DNA of 64,000 nt from NCBI RefSeq assembly GCF_009914755.1, contig NC_060925.1; one strand, written 5' to 3'. Both the position numbers and the translations under genes were made by a program. How positions within the stretch are numbered: position 1 is the first letter of the stretch; every line of letters starts with the position of its first letter. The notes below the pieces were generated by a model. The model had not been told where the DNA came from, ran no database searches, and saw nothing but the letters and a program-made list of their open reading frames with translations. This DNA is from the human T2T-CHM13v2.0 reference genome, Homo sapiens. This document shows positions 41,340 through 51,620 of this stretch, one piece after another.

Positions 41340-43501
41340 TGTATTAGTCTGTTTTCATGCTGCTATAAAGAACTGTCGGAAACTGAGTAATTTATGAAGA
41401 AAAAGTTTAACTGACTCACAGTTCCACAGTGCTGGGGAGGCCTCAGGAAACTTACAATCATGATGGAAGGGGAAGAAAACATGTCCCTCTTCATATGGCA
41501 GCAGGAAGAAGAATGAGTCCCCAGCAAAGAAGGAGGCTGTTAGAAAACCATCAGATCGTGTGAGAACTAATTCACTATCATGAGAACAAGATGGGGGAAA
41601 CTGCCTCCGTGACCCAATTACCTCTACTTGGTCCCTGCCATGACATCTGGAAATTATGGGAACTACAATTCAAGATGATATTTGGGTGGGGACACAGCAA
41701 AATCATACCTTTCCACCCCAGCCCTCCCAAATTGCAATTTCTCACAATCCGGAACACTGTCTTTCCAACAGTCTTCCAAAGTCTTAATTCATTCCAGCAT
41801 TAACTATAAAGTCTAAATCCAAAGTCTCATCTGAGACAGGTCCCTTCTAGCTATGAGCCTATAAAATCAAAAGCAAGTTAGTTATTTCCAAGATACAATG
41901 CATTGTGGTTTCCCCCATCTTGTTCTTTTTCAGGCACTGGATAAAGGCACTGGGTAAATACACCCATTCCAAATGGGAAAAATTGGCCAAAACAAAGGGG
42001 CTATAGGCCTCATGTAAGTCTGAAATCCCATAAGGTAGTAATCAAACCTAAAAGTTCCAGAATAGTCTCTTTTGACTAAATGCACGGTGCAAGCTGTTGA
42101 AGAATCTCCTATTCTGGGGTCTGGAGCCTGGTGGTCCTCTTCTCATAGTTCCACTAGGCAGTGCGACTCAATGGAAACTCTGTATGGGGGCTCTGACCCC
42201 ATATTTCCCTTCTGCACTTCCCTAGGAGAGGTTCTCCCTGAGGGCTCTGCCTCTGCAGCAAATTTCTGCCTAGACATCCAGGCATTTCCATGCTCCTCTG
42301 AAATCTACGAAGAGGCTCCCAAACCTCAAATAATTGTCTTCTATTCATGCACAGGACCAATACCACGTGGAACCTGCCAAGGCTTGGGGCTTGTACCCTT
42401 TGAAGCAATGAACTAAGATGTTCCTTGGCCACTTTTAGCGTGGTTGGACCATCTGGGAGGTAGTCCCAAGTCTTCACACAGCAGGGAGGCCCTGAACTTA
42501 GCCAAGGAAACCATCTTTGCCTACTAAACTTCTGAGCCTGTGATGGGAGGAACAGCCATGAAAGTCTTCGACATGCTTTGGATAAGATTTCTCCATTGTC
42601 TTCATTATTAGCATTCACCTCCTCCTTTCTTAGGCAAATTTATGCATCCAGCATGAATTTCTCTGCAGAAAATGGGGTTTTCTTTTCTATCACATAATCA
42701 GGCTGCAAATTTTCCAAATTTATGCCTCTTCCTCTTGAATGCATTGCAACTTAGAAATTTATTCTCCCAGATACCCTAAATTATCTCTGTAAAGTTCAAA
42801 GTTCCATAGATCTCTATGGCAGGGACAAAAATCCACCATGCTCTTGCTAAAGCACAGCATGAGTCACCTTTGCTTCAGTTCCCAACAAATTTCTCATCTC
42901 TATCTGAGCCCACCTCAATTTGGACTTCATTGTCCATATCACTATCAGAATTTTGGTCAAAACCACTCAACAAGTCTCTAGGAAGTTCCAAATTTTCCCA
43001 CATTTTCCTGTCTTCTTCTGAGTCCTCTAAACTGCTTCAACCTCTGACTGTCACCCAGTACCAAAGTTGCTTCCACATTTTCAGGTATCCTTATAGCAGC
43101 ACCCCACTCTACCAGTATCAATTTACTGTGTTAGTCCATTCTTGTGCTGGTATAACTAACTGCCTGAGACTGGGTAATTTATAAAGAAAGAAGCTTTAAT
43201 TGACTCACAGTTCAGTATGGCTGGAGAGGCCTCAGGAAACTTACAATCATAGCGGGAGGGGAAGCAAACGCATCCTTCTTCGCATGGCAGCAGGAAGGAG
43301 AATTACTGCCCAGTAAATGGGGAAGCTGCTTAACAAAACCGTCAGATGTCGGTAGAACTAACTCACTATCATGAGAACAGAATGGAGGAAACCACCCCCA
43401 TGATTCAATTATCTCCACCTGGTCCCTCCAATGGCATGTGGGGATTATGGGAACTATAATTCAAGATGAGATTTCGGTGGGGACACAGCCAAACCATACC
43501 A
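41340..43501 (-). mobile_element. THE1 (THE1D-like) MaLR provirus A: 3'LTR 41340-41710, internal, 5'LTR 43127-43501
   Basis: Two LTRs flanking THE1-int; perfect 5-bp TSD TAGGC (41335-41339, 43502-43506); internal deletion near 42077. Confidence 0.95.
42792..43250. repeat. Left arm of 459-bp near-perfect inverted repeat
   Basis: Reverse complement of 44530-44988 with 2 mismatches (hand alignment). Confidence 0.95.
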
Positions 43502-43572
43502 TAGGCTGAGCTTAAAATCCACAAAATTTTCCTGTTAGGTAATCTTTGGGTGATTACCTCTACTACATCCCT

Positions 43573-43951
43573 TTTATTGTTAATTATATTAGTCAAAGTG
43601 GGTAGGCCATGGTACCCATGATATCCAGATGTTAGTCACACACCAATCTAGATATTGATGTGAAGATCTTTTTGTTTTGTTTTACATTTGATTAAAATTT
43701 AAATCAATAGGTTTTGACTAAAGTAGATTACACTCTATAATGTGAGTGGGCCTCTTTAAATCAATTTAAGACATTAAAAAATGATTTATGTCCACTGAGG
43801 AAGAAGCAATTCTGCCTCCAGATTGACTTATGACTTCAGCCTCAGTATCTGTCTATCTATGTATCTGTCTATGTATCTATCTATCTATCATCTATCTATC
43901 TATCCATCTATCTCCTATTAATTTTATTTCTATGGAGAACTTTAATATAAT
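43573..43951 (+). mobile_element. MLT2 (MLT2D-like) LTR with (TCTA)n microsatellite ~43846-43911
   Basis: AAAGTAGATTACACTCTATAATGTGAGTGGGCCTC, GAGGAAGAAGCAATTCTGCCTCCAGA, CTCCTATT...GGAGAAC. Confidence 0.8.
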
Positions 43952-44529
43952 CCCATACTTAGGATATCTATAGAAAAACTCACATATATTATGAGGAAAA
44001 TTCAAAGCATTAGGAAGTGATAGTCTGAATATCCAGTGCTAATTAATGTTTGGTTAAATGTCAGTGGTCTAAACTGGTGATTAGTTAAAATTTTCAACAA
44101 ATAGAGTATGGCCTTGAATTAGTGCATTCCTGTCTCTGAAGACATAATAATTGCAAGTCACTCCTCTTCTAATTTGGTCAGAGTTATGAAACATTCACAT
44201 GAGCATAAATTTGCCAGAACTAGGATCCTCTTGGTGTGGTCTGCTACTAAATATTGTATTTAAAAATAGATTATATATCAGTGATATAGTTTTATTGTGT
44301 CCCAACTGAAATATCATATTGAATTGTAGTTCCCATAATCCCCCCATGTCGTGGGAGGGACCTGGTGAGAGGTAATTGAATCGTGGGGGCAGTTACCTCC
44401 ATGCTGTTCTTGGGATAGTGAGTTCTCACAAGATCTGATGGTTTTATTAAGGGGCTCTTCCCCCTTTTGCTGGTCACTTTTCCTGGCTGCTGCCATGTGT
44501 AGAAAAATGAGTTTGCTTCCCCTTCTGCC

Positions 44530-44988
44530 ATGATTGTAAGTTTCCTGAGGCCTCTCCAGCCATACTGAACTGTGAGTCAATTAAAGCTTCTTTCTTTATA
44601 AATTACCCAGTCTCAGGCAGTTAGTTATACCAGCACAAGAATGGACTAACACAGTAAATTGATACTGGTAGAGTGGGGTGCTGCTATAAGGATACCTGAA
44701 AATGTGGAAGCAACTTTGGTACTGGGTGACAGTCAGAGGTTGAAGCAGTTTAGAGGACTCAGAAGAAGACAGGAAAATGTGGGAAAATTTGGAACTTCCT
44801 AGAGACTTGTTGAGTGGTTTTGACCAAAATTCTGATAGTGATATGGACAATGAAGGCCAAATTGAGGTGAGCTCAGATAGAGATGAGAAATTTGTTGGGA
44901 ACTGAAGCAAAGGTGACTCATGCTGTGCTTTAGCAAGAGCATGGTGGATTTTTGTCCCTGCCATAGAGATCTATGGAACTTTGAACTT
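44530..44988. repeat. Right arm of 459-bp near-perfect inverted repeat
   Basis: Reverse complement of 42792-43250, 457/459. Confidence 0.95.
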
Positions 44989-45900
44989 GAGAGTGATTAT
45001 TTAGGGTATCTAGTGGAAGAAATTTCTAAGCAGCAAAGTGTTCAAAATGTGACTTGGGCACTCTTAAAAGCATTCAGCTTTATTCATTCACAAAGATGTG
45101 GTTTGGAATTGGAACTTATGTTTAAAAGGAAAACAGAGCATAAAAGTTCAGAAAATTTGTAGGCTGAAGATGCAATAGAAAAGAAAATCCCATTTTCTGA
45201 AGAGGAATTCAAACTGGCTCCAGAAATTTGCATGAGTAATGAAGAGCCAAATGTTAATCACCAAGACAATGGGGAACATGTCTCCAGGACATGTCAGAAG
45301 TCTTCACAGCAGCCCTCTTATCACAGGCCTTGAGGCCTAGGAGGAAAAAATGGTTTTGTGGGCCTGGCCCAGGGCATTACTGCTTTGTGAAGTCTGGAGA
45401 AGTGGCGAAAAGGGGTCAACATACAGTTTAGGCCATTGCTTCAGAGGTTGCAAGCCCGAAGCCTTGGTGGCTTACACATAGTGTTGGGCCTGTGGGTGCA
45501 CAGATGTCAAGAATTGAGGCTGGGGAACCTCTGCCTAGATTTCAGAGGATGTATAGGAATGTCTGGACGTCCAGGCAGAAGTTCAGAAGTTTGCTGCAGG
45601 GGTGGAGTCCTCATGAAGAACCTCTGCTAGGGTAGTGCAAAAGGGCAATGTTGGGTTGGAGCCCGCACACAGAGTCCCCACTAGGGCACTGTCTACTGCA
45701 GCTGTGAGAAGAGGGCCACCATTCTCCAGACATTGGAATGGTAGATCCCAAAACAGCTTGCACCATGTGCCTGGAAATGCCACAGAAACTCATTGCCAGC
45801 CTGTGAAAGCAGCTGGGAAGGGGTATATACCCTGCAAAGCCACAGGGATGGAGCTGCCCAAGGCCATAAGGAGCCCACCTCTTGCATCAGTGTGACCTGG
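44777..45900 (+). pseudogene. THE1 internal (MaLR) ORF relic
   Basis: ATG at 44777: MWENLELPRDLLSGFDQNSDSDMDN..., early TGA; continues as ...RDLWNFELESDYLGYLVEEISKQQS and QKGNVGLEPAHRVPT. Confidence 0.8.
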
Positions 45901-48900
45901 ATTTGAACTATTGAGCCAAAGACGATCATTTTGAAACTTCCAAGTTTAATGACTGCCCTATTGGATTTCAGACTTGAATGAGGCCTGTGGCCCCTTTGTT
46001 TTGGCCCATTTCTCCCATTGTGAAAGGATGTATATACTCAATGCCTGTACTTATTGTGTCTAGTAACTACCTAATGTGCTTTTGATTTTACAGGTTTTTA
46101 GGTGGAAGGGACTTGCCTTGTCTCAGGTGAGACTTTGGACTTGGACTTTGGGTTAATGCTGGAATTTGTTTAAACTTTGGGGGACTGTTGGAAGGGCATA
46201 ATTGTGTTTTGAAATGTAAAGACATTATATTTTGTTGGGGCCCGGGGCAGAATGATATGGTTTTGCTGTCTCCCCACCAAAATCTCATCTTGAATTGTAG
46301 TTCTCATAATCCCCACAGGTCATGGGAGGGATTGAATTGGTGGGAGGTAATTGAATTATGCAGGCGGTTACCTCCATGCCATTCTCATGATAGTGAGTGA
46401 GTTCTCACAAGATCTGATGGTTTCATATGGGGCTTTTCCCTCTTTGTTCAGCACTTCTTGCTGCTGCCCTGTGAAGATGGGCATGTTTGCTTTCCCTTCC
46501 CCCATGATTGTGAGTTTCCTGAGCCCTCCCCAGCCATGCCGAACTGTGAGTCAATTAAACATCTTTCCTTTATAAATTACCCAGTCTCGGGTATGTCCTT
46601 ATTAGCAGAGTGAGAAAGGACTAATACAAGCAGTATTGTATTACATTGGCATGCTCAAGGTAGGCCAAGATCTTAGCATGAAAATAAATAAAATCTTTGC
46701 CTTTTATAATACTCTAATTTTTGTGGCATTCAGTAATTTTTGTGATATATAATAATGAACAAATTGTTCTTTTCAAAAAAAGTCAATTATTGAGGTGATT
46801 AGAGCAGAAATATAGAAATTGAACTTGTGGGTTTATCTCGGAAATCCTCACTCTGTTATGTTTAATTGGCCTAAAGTGAGAAGACAGAAAATGGTTCAGG
46901 AATTCTGCCTTGGGGCTCTCAGATACCTGTCTTTTATAGGTTGTCATAGAGGTGGTAAAATGTCGGGATCAAGGACTACTGAAACACAGTCAGGATAGAA
47001 TACTAGAATATCATTTAGAGAACCATTCCTTTTTCATGAAAATCTTTAAACAAATAAAACATGGAGGGTGCTTTCTAGAACCCTTCTGCTGGTTCAGAGC
47101 ACTTAAATTGTCCAAAGAATAACTTAAATAAGAAAAAAATCTTTCTATTATATCTCAATAACCCCAAAATAAATTAGATTATGAAATATGAGACATAGTT
47201 TTACAGCGCATTTGACAGAGGACTTCAGGGATCGTTCAGGTTAGGTGAAAGACTCATTGGTGATTTCATTAAGGTAGAGGTCCAGGCAGAGGCCAGGTAT
47301 TTTCTTCTTCCTTTATGACAACCATCTATTCCTACCCAAATCTGATGATACCCTGCCCTAAGATAGTACCATGTAGATTTCTTAGTCTTGGACTCAGAGA
47401 AAATATGAATTGATTAATGGGAATACAGTCCCATTAAACAGATCAATTGCAAAGTTATATTTGAAGTGCTGATAAATGGAGTTGATGGTGATAGTGACAG
47501 TGTTCACTGCAGTGCTCTAGTTAGAAGGTGTGTGGTGTCTGTGACTAGAAATTGATCTTCCAAAATATACCTTAGATGCAAGAAATTGTGTGCATTATAT
47601 AATAAAGTATATTTACTGGTGACCCCAAAAGGAATTTGATGGATATGTAATACATTTTATTCACATTTAAACAACAACAATCTGTATCTCATCTTTTAAG
47701 AAAAAAAATTAAGAAAAATAATCCTTGAGAATATAATTTGATTTTTCCTAAATGTCTAAACCATGTCTGAATGACCATTAAAATTACAGAATCACACTAT
47801 ATACCATACAGTCTATCATATTACTTTACATACACACATACACAATAACATATGCAACTTGTAGTGTGTATATTTTTTTAAAAAAAGTTAAATATGCTTA
47901 TTTGATCAGTTCTCATTTATATTGTCCATCAACATTGAAGTGAAAGTAAGTTATTTGGTTTATAAGGAAGCCTTTTTAAAATTACATACTACAAAACTTA
48001 CTGTAGTTTTTCTATTGTTTTGTTTTTAGATAAGTATGACCAAAGAGAAATAGGAGAAGTCTACACTTCTGAGCTGACATTGACTTTAATTCTGAATTTA
48101 AGCTAATGGGATCTGAAGTTTCTTATTTATCCAAATATTCCATGGCTTTCTATATTTCTTTACTATTCTAACTGTGTTATCATTTGACCCTATGTGATTG
48201 TACCACTTAGTATGAGTGTGTCAGTAATCAAAGACTGGGTTGCAGGTAACTCACTGCAATTTCTGAGTTAGCACATAGAAATCTGTTTTTTGGATAAAGC
48301 TACTGAATCAAGTAGTTCTATATAAATATCATAAATAAATGAATTCATCTTTCCAATTGACCTAGAAATGTACTACAATATTATATACCACGTATCTTAC
48401 TATATCCTTTTTCCATTTCTTACTCCCATTCTGTTTGATAATAATAATAATAAAGTATCATTTTTTTACCTGGAGAGAAATCATGCTTTCCCTCGAACCC
48501 CACCCCAAAGTATCTAATTCTTGTTAAGGACATATAGTGAAAACACTTGTGATACTAAAGTGAGACTACAATTTGTCATTTCGTCAGCTTAAAGGAAGAA
48601 ATTGGTTTTAAGATAAAGCTCAAGAAAACTGCAAATAGACAGATTTCCAAATTTTTTACATAGAACATAAGGTTGATGGTCTATCTCCAAAATGCATTTA
48701 TTTTCTGTACTTTATAAGAAATTTTGAATGTGGATAATTTTATAGGTCTTAGTCTGAGCTTAAATAGTAATAGTTATTATTATTATTGTTATTACTGGGC
48801 ATGAGAAAAAGGGACTGATGGATTCTCTTTTTCAAATCTGATTTTCAGTCTCTCAATTTTGCGAGCAGGGAGAGAAAATAAGCTCTATATTTTAACTGTC

Positions 48901-50924
48901 AAGGCAATGGCTTAAATATAATTTTTGGTTGGGTGACTCAAGAGTGGATTAGTAACAAAGCTTCTGCTTTTTGGGATTTGCTCTTCAAAGTCCTGAATAA
49001 GAAGGAATGATGCCTTGTTTCACTATGTGCATTTTTAAAAATGCAGAAAGAACAATCTGCATCTCATCTCTTTATCGGGATTCTAAGCAATTCTGCAGTC
49101 CTCCTCTGTTTAAATCTGCACAGACAACACGGCTGTAGATGTTTGCAGTGGAGGGCTTTTGCTTTCACCAGCATTTTCTTGACCCCAGGGGATTCCCAGT
49201 TGGCTCTGGACAAAGGCAACAGAGGCTTTGTGTCATTCCAGGTGTCATGCAGCTAACCTCTAGAGAATGTGAGGCTTTTTATGTACTCTGCCTATTGCTT
49301 AACCGCCTTTCTCATGAGCAGATTTCTTTAGTGCACTCAGACACTTTGCAGAGCATGGCAATAAAATGCTTAAGTTAACATTATTAAGAAAATGTAAACA
49401 CTGTTTTGATAGATGTCGTGAGTCGACTCGAAGTACAGAATCAGTTGCAGTGGAACAGCTGGCTACTTACTGATTTAAGAGGAGCCGAGAGGCTGAATGC
49501 AGTAGCTTTTATCTAATTCTTCCTTCAATAGAATCCGAAGATGTCCCTGGAGTATTGGTGCAGACATTTGCCCGGACAAAAGAAGGGATCTATTATGTGA
49601 TTAATAGATAATTTAGAACTCAAATACAAGTTCTGCATCAATAAAATCTGTATTTATTTTAGCTGACTTTGATCCCAAGTCCTTCATCTAATTTCTTAAT
49701 GGAAATAATTATTTACAAATACAATCATTTTCATGTGATGTTTTATTATAATGCTAATATCTAACTTCACACTTGGGTTATGAACATTTTCAAAGTTTAT
49801 TCTCAAAAGACTGCTTTTATTTGTTAGACATTTATATTTTAATTCTTATAGATGAGCTTCCTTATTTTGGGGGGAATCTATTTTCAGTGGCTAATAAATT
49901 TCCCCCTGAAAGTTCATATCCTAGAGATGATTTATTTTTGAAATTTAAAAAAAATCCATTCATTGTTTTTTGAAAACCAGATGCTAAAATCAGTCATGGG
50001 TAAATGAAATGCTTAATTTCCTGAATAGCATGCACACTGGCACTATCTTGTTTTCTGATTAGAGCTCACTTTCTAGGGCCAATATCATGCTAGCAGATAT
50101 TTGTCTTTCCGTCCTTCTCAAAACAGTTAACAGAAGGTAGGAAAGCTTATCAGTACTCTGTTTTCTGAAACTCAAACAATAAGCCTATATGTTCTACCCA
50201 AACATAAGTTATTTGTCAGAAACAGAAAGGAAGAAGCAAACCAGGACCCCAGAAGACTGATTAAAAGTTAACTTCTCTTCTCTCGGTTTTTCTAAATCTT
50301 TACTTTTTTTCCTTCTGTTCGTTATCTATTGTAATCTTCAGACAGTGCCCTCTATATGGGTAATTTTATTGGCTGATCCTATGAATCCTACTGGGCAGTT
50401 TGAGAATAGGAGGCTGTTGAGACCAATGAAATCCATTATGGGTCAAGATCTATTTTATTTTCGTTTAAGAAACTGTGATCATCAGGAAATAGAAGAAACC
50501 ATCTTGACGGCCTCTCACTGATACATCTCTTTGGAGAGTTAGAAAGTCTGAAGACTGAGTGATGGCTCTTAAATCACAGCTTATTCCTGACAAAAGGCCC
50601 CTTAATGCACGTTAAGTAGCTGAAACTACTCAATGCTCATAAACATAAAACATGCTCTGCCCATAGCCAAAACCCACTCACCACAGCTGAAATAAATGAA
50701 CTCATGATTACAGTGGTGAAGTATCTGATTTGGTCTGATGTTGCACTGTTTGATTAAGATTACTTTCCCAGGTATCACTAGTTAAGATAAATTTTTCTAT
50801 TCATTACTTGATGAATTACAAACATTTCTATTTTTAGCATAAAAATATTGCTAAATTACTAAGGCTTTAGAAGAGCTGACATTATATTAGGTTATAAATA
50901 CTTATAATGATGGAATATCTGTAT

Positions 50925-51062
50925 AGAGACAGTTCTCAACTTACAATTATTGAAATGTTAATTTTTTGACATTATTATTGTTTTATTGGGGTATTAACAG
51001 AATTCTTGACTTAAAGTATTTTCGAATTATGACAGGCGTAACCACTTCATAAGGACCATCTG
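50925..51062. mobile_element. MER47/Tigger5-type short TcMar element
   Basis: CAACTTACAAT...TTGACTTAAAG...CGTAACCACTTCATAAGGACCATCTG followed by TA. Confidence 0.6.
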
Positions 51063-51089
51063 TAGTTGAAAAAAAATAGAAAGCAATGT

Positions 51090-51620
51090 TAGAATCATAG
51101 AAACCTAGAGTACAAAAAGAATGAAAGATTATAAACCTTGTATTACTCCTTATTCTGATGAAAGGACAGTTCAAGTATTTGCCTGGGTCACATAGCTTGT
51201 GCTATGGTTTGAACCGGTCCCATCCAAAATTCAGGTGTTGTCATTGTGATAGAATTAGCAGGTAGGGCATTTAAGAGATGATTAGTCCATGAGGGCTTCT
51301 CCCACATGAATGGAATTAAGGCCCTTGAAAAGCGGCATCATTATAGCTTTTGGTTAGCTTGCCATTCCACCTTCTACCATGTGAAGACACAGTTTTCCTC
51401 ACCTCCAGAGGATATTGCAAGAAAGCAGCCCTCACCAGATAACCGAACTTGCTGACACCTTGATCTTGAACTTCTCAGCATCCGGAAATGTGAGAAAATA
51501 AATTTCTGTTCTTTATAAATTAGTCAGATTCAGAAATTCTGCTGCAGCAGCACAAACAGACAAAGAGAGCTTGTTAGTGGCAAAGGAGATATTAAACCTA
51601 GAATTCCTAGCTCTGTGACT
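51090..51620 (-). mobile_element. MIR split by an MST LTR
   Basis: ATTTGCCTGGGTCACATAGCTTG | TTAGTGGCAAAGG...AAACCTAG continuous across the LTR. Confidence 0.65.
51200..51568 (+). mobile_element. MST (MSTB2/MSTC-like) MaLR solo LTR
   Basis: TGCTATGGTTTGAA...CCAAAATTCAGGTGTTG; AATAAATTTCTGTTCTTTATAAATTA; TSD GCTTG (51195-51199, 51569-51573). Confidence 0.88.

Larger units (their letters stand above)
44282..46628 (+). mobile_element. THE1 (THE1C/D-like) MaLR provirus B: 5'LTR 44282-44652, internal, 3'LTR 46252-46628
   Basis: TGATAT...CTAATACA LTR termini; flanks ATCAG/AGCAG (4/5 TSD); internal ORF relic. Confidence 0.95.

Noticed and set aside
44551-44563. PRDM9/THE1 hotspot 13-mer as the driver of conversion
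   Set aside because: The site reads CCTCTCCAGCCAT (CCTCCCCAGCCAT in B's 3' LTR), which does not fit CCNCCNTNNCCNC. Other PRDM9 alleles cannot be assessed here.
42816-44964. Twin 122-aa ORFs (42816-43184 + and 44596-44964 -) as a duplicated novel gene
   Set aside because: Both are antisense frames of THE1 LTR/internal sequence. Their identity comes from the DNA-level homogenised tract, which extends beyond the ORFs, and both differences are non-synonymous.
44777-45900. THE1 internal ORF as a domesticated protein
   Set aside because: TGA stop after 42 codons (present in both elements within the tract) and further breaks downstream.
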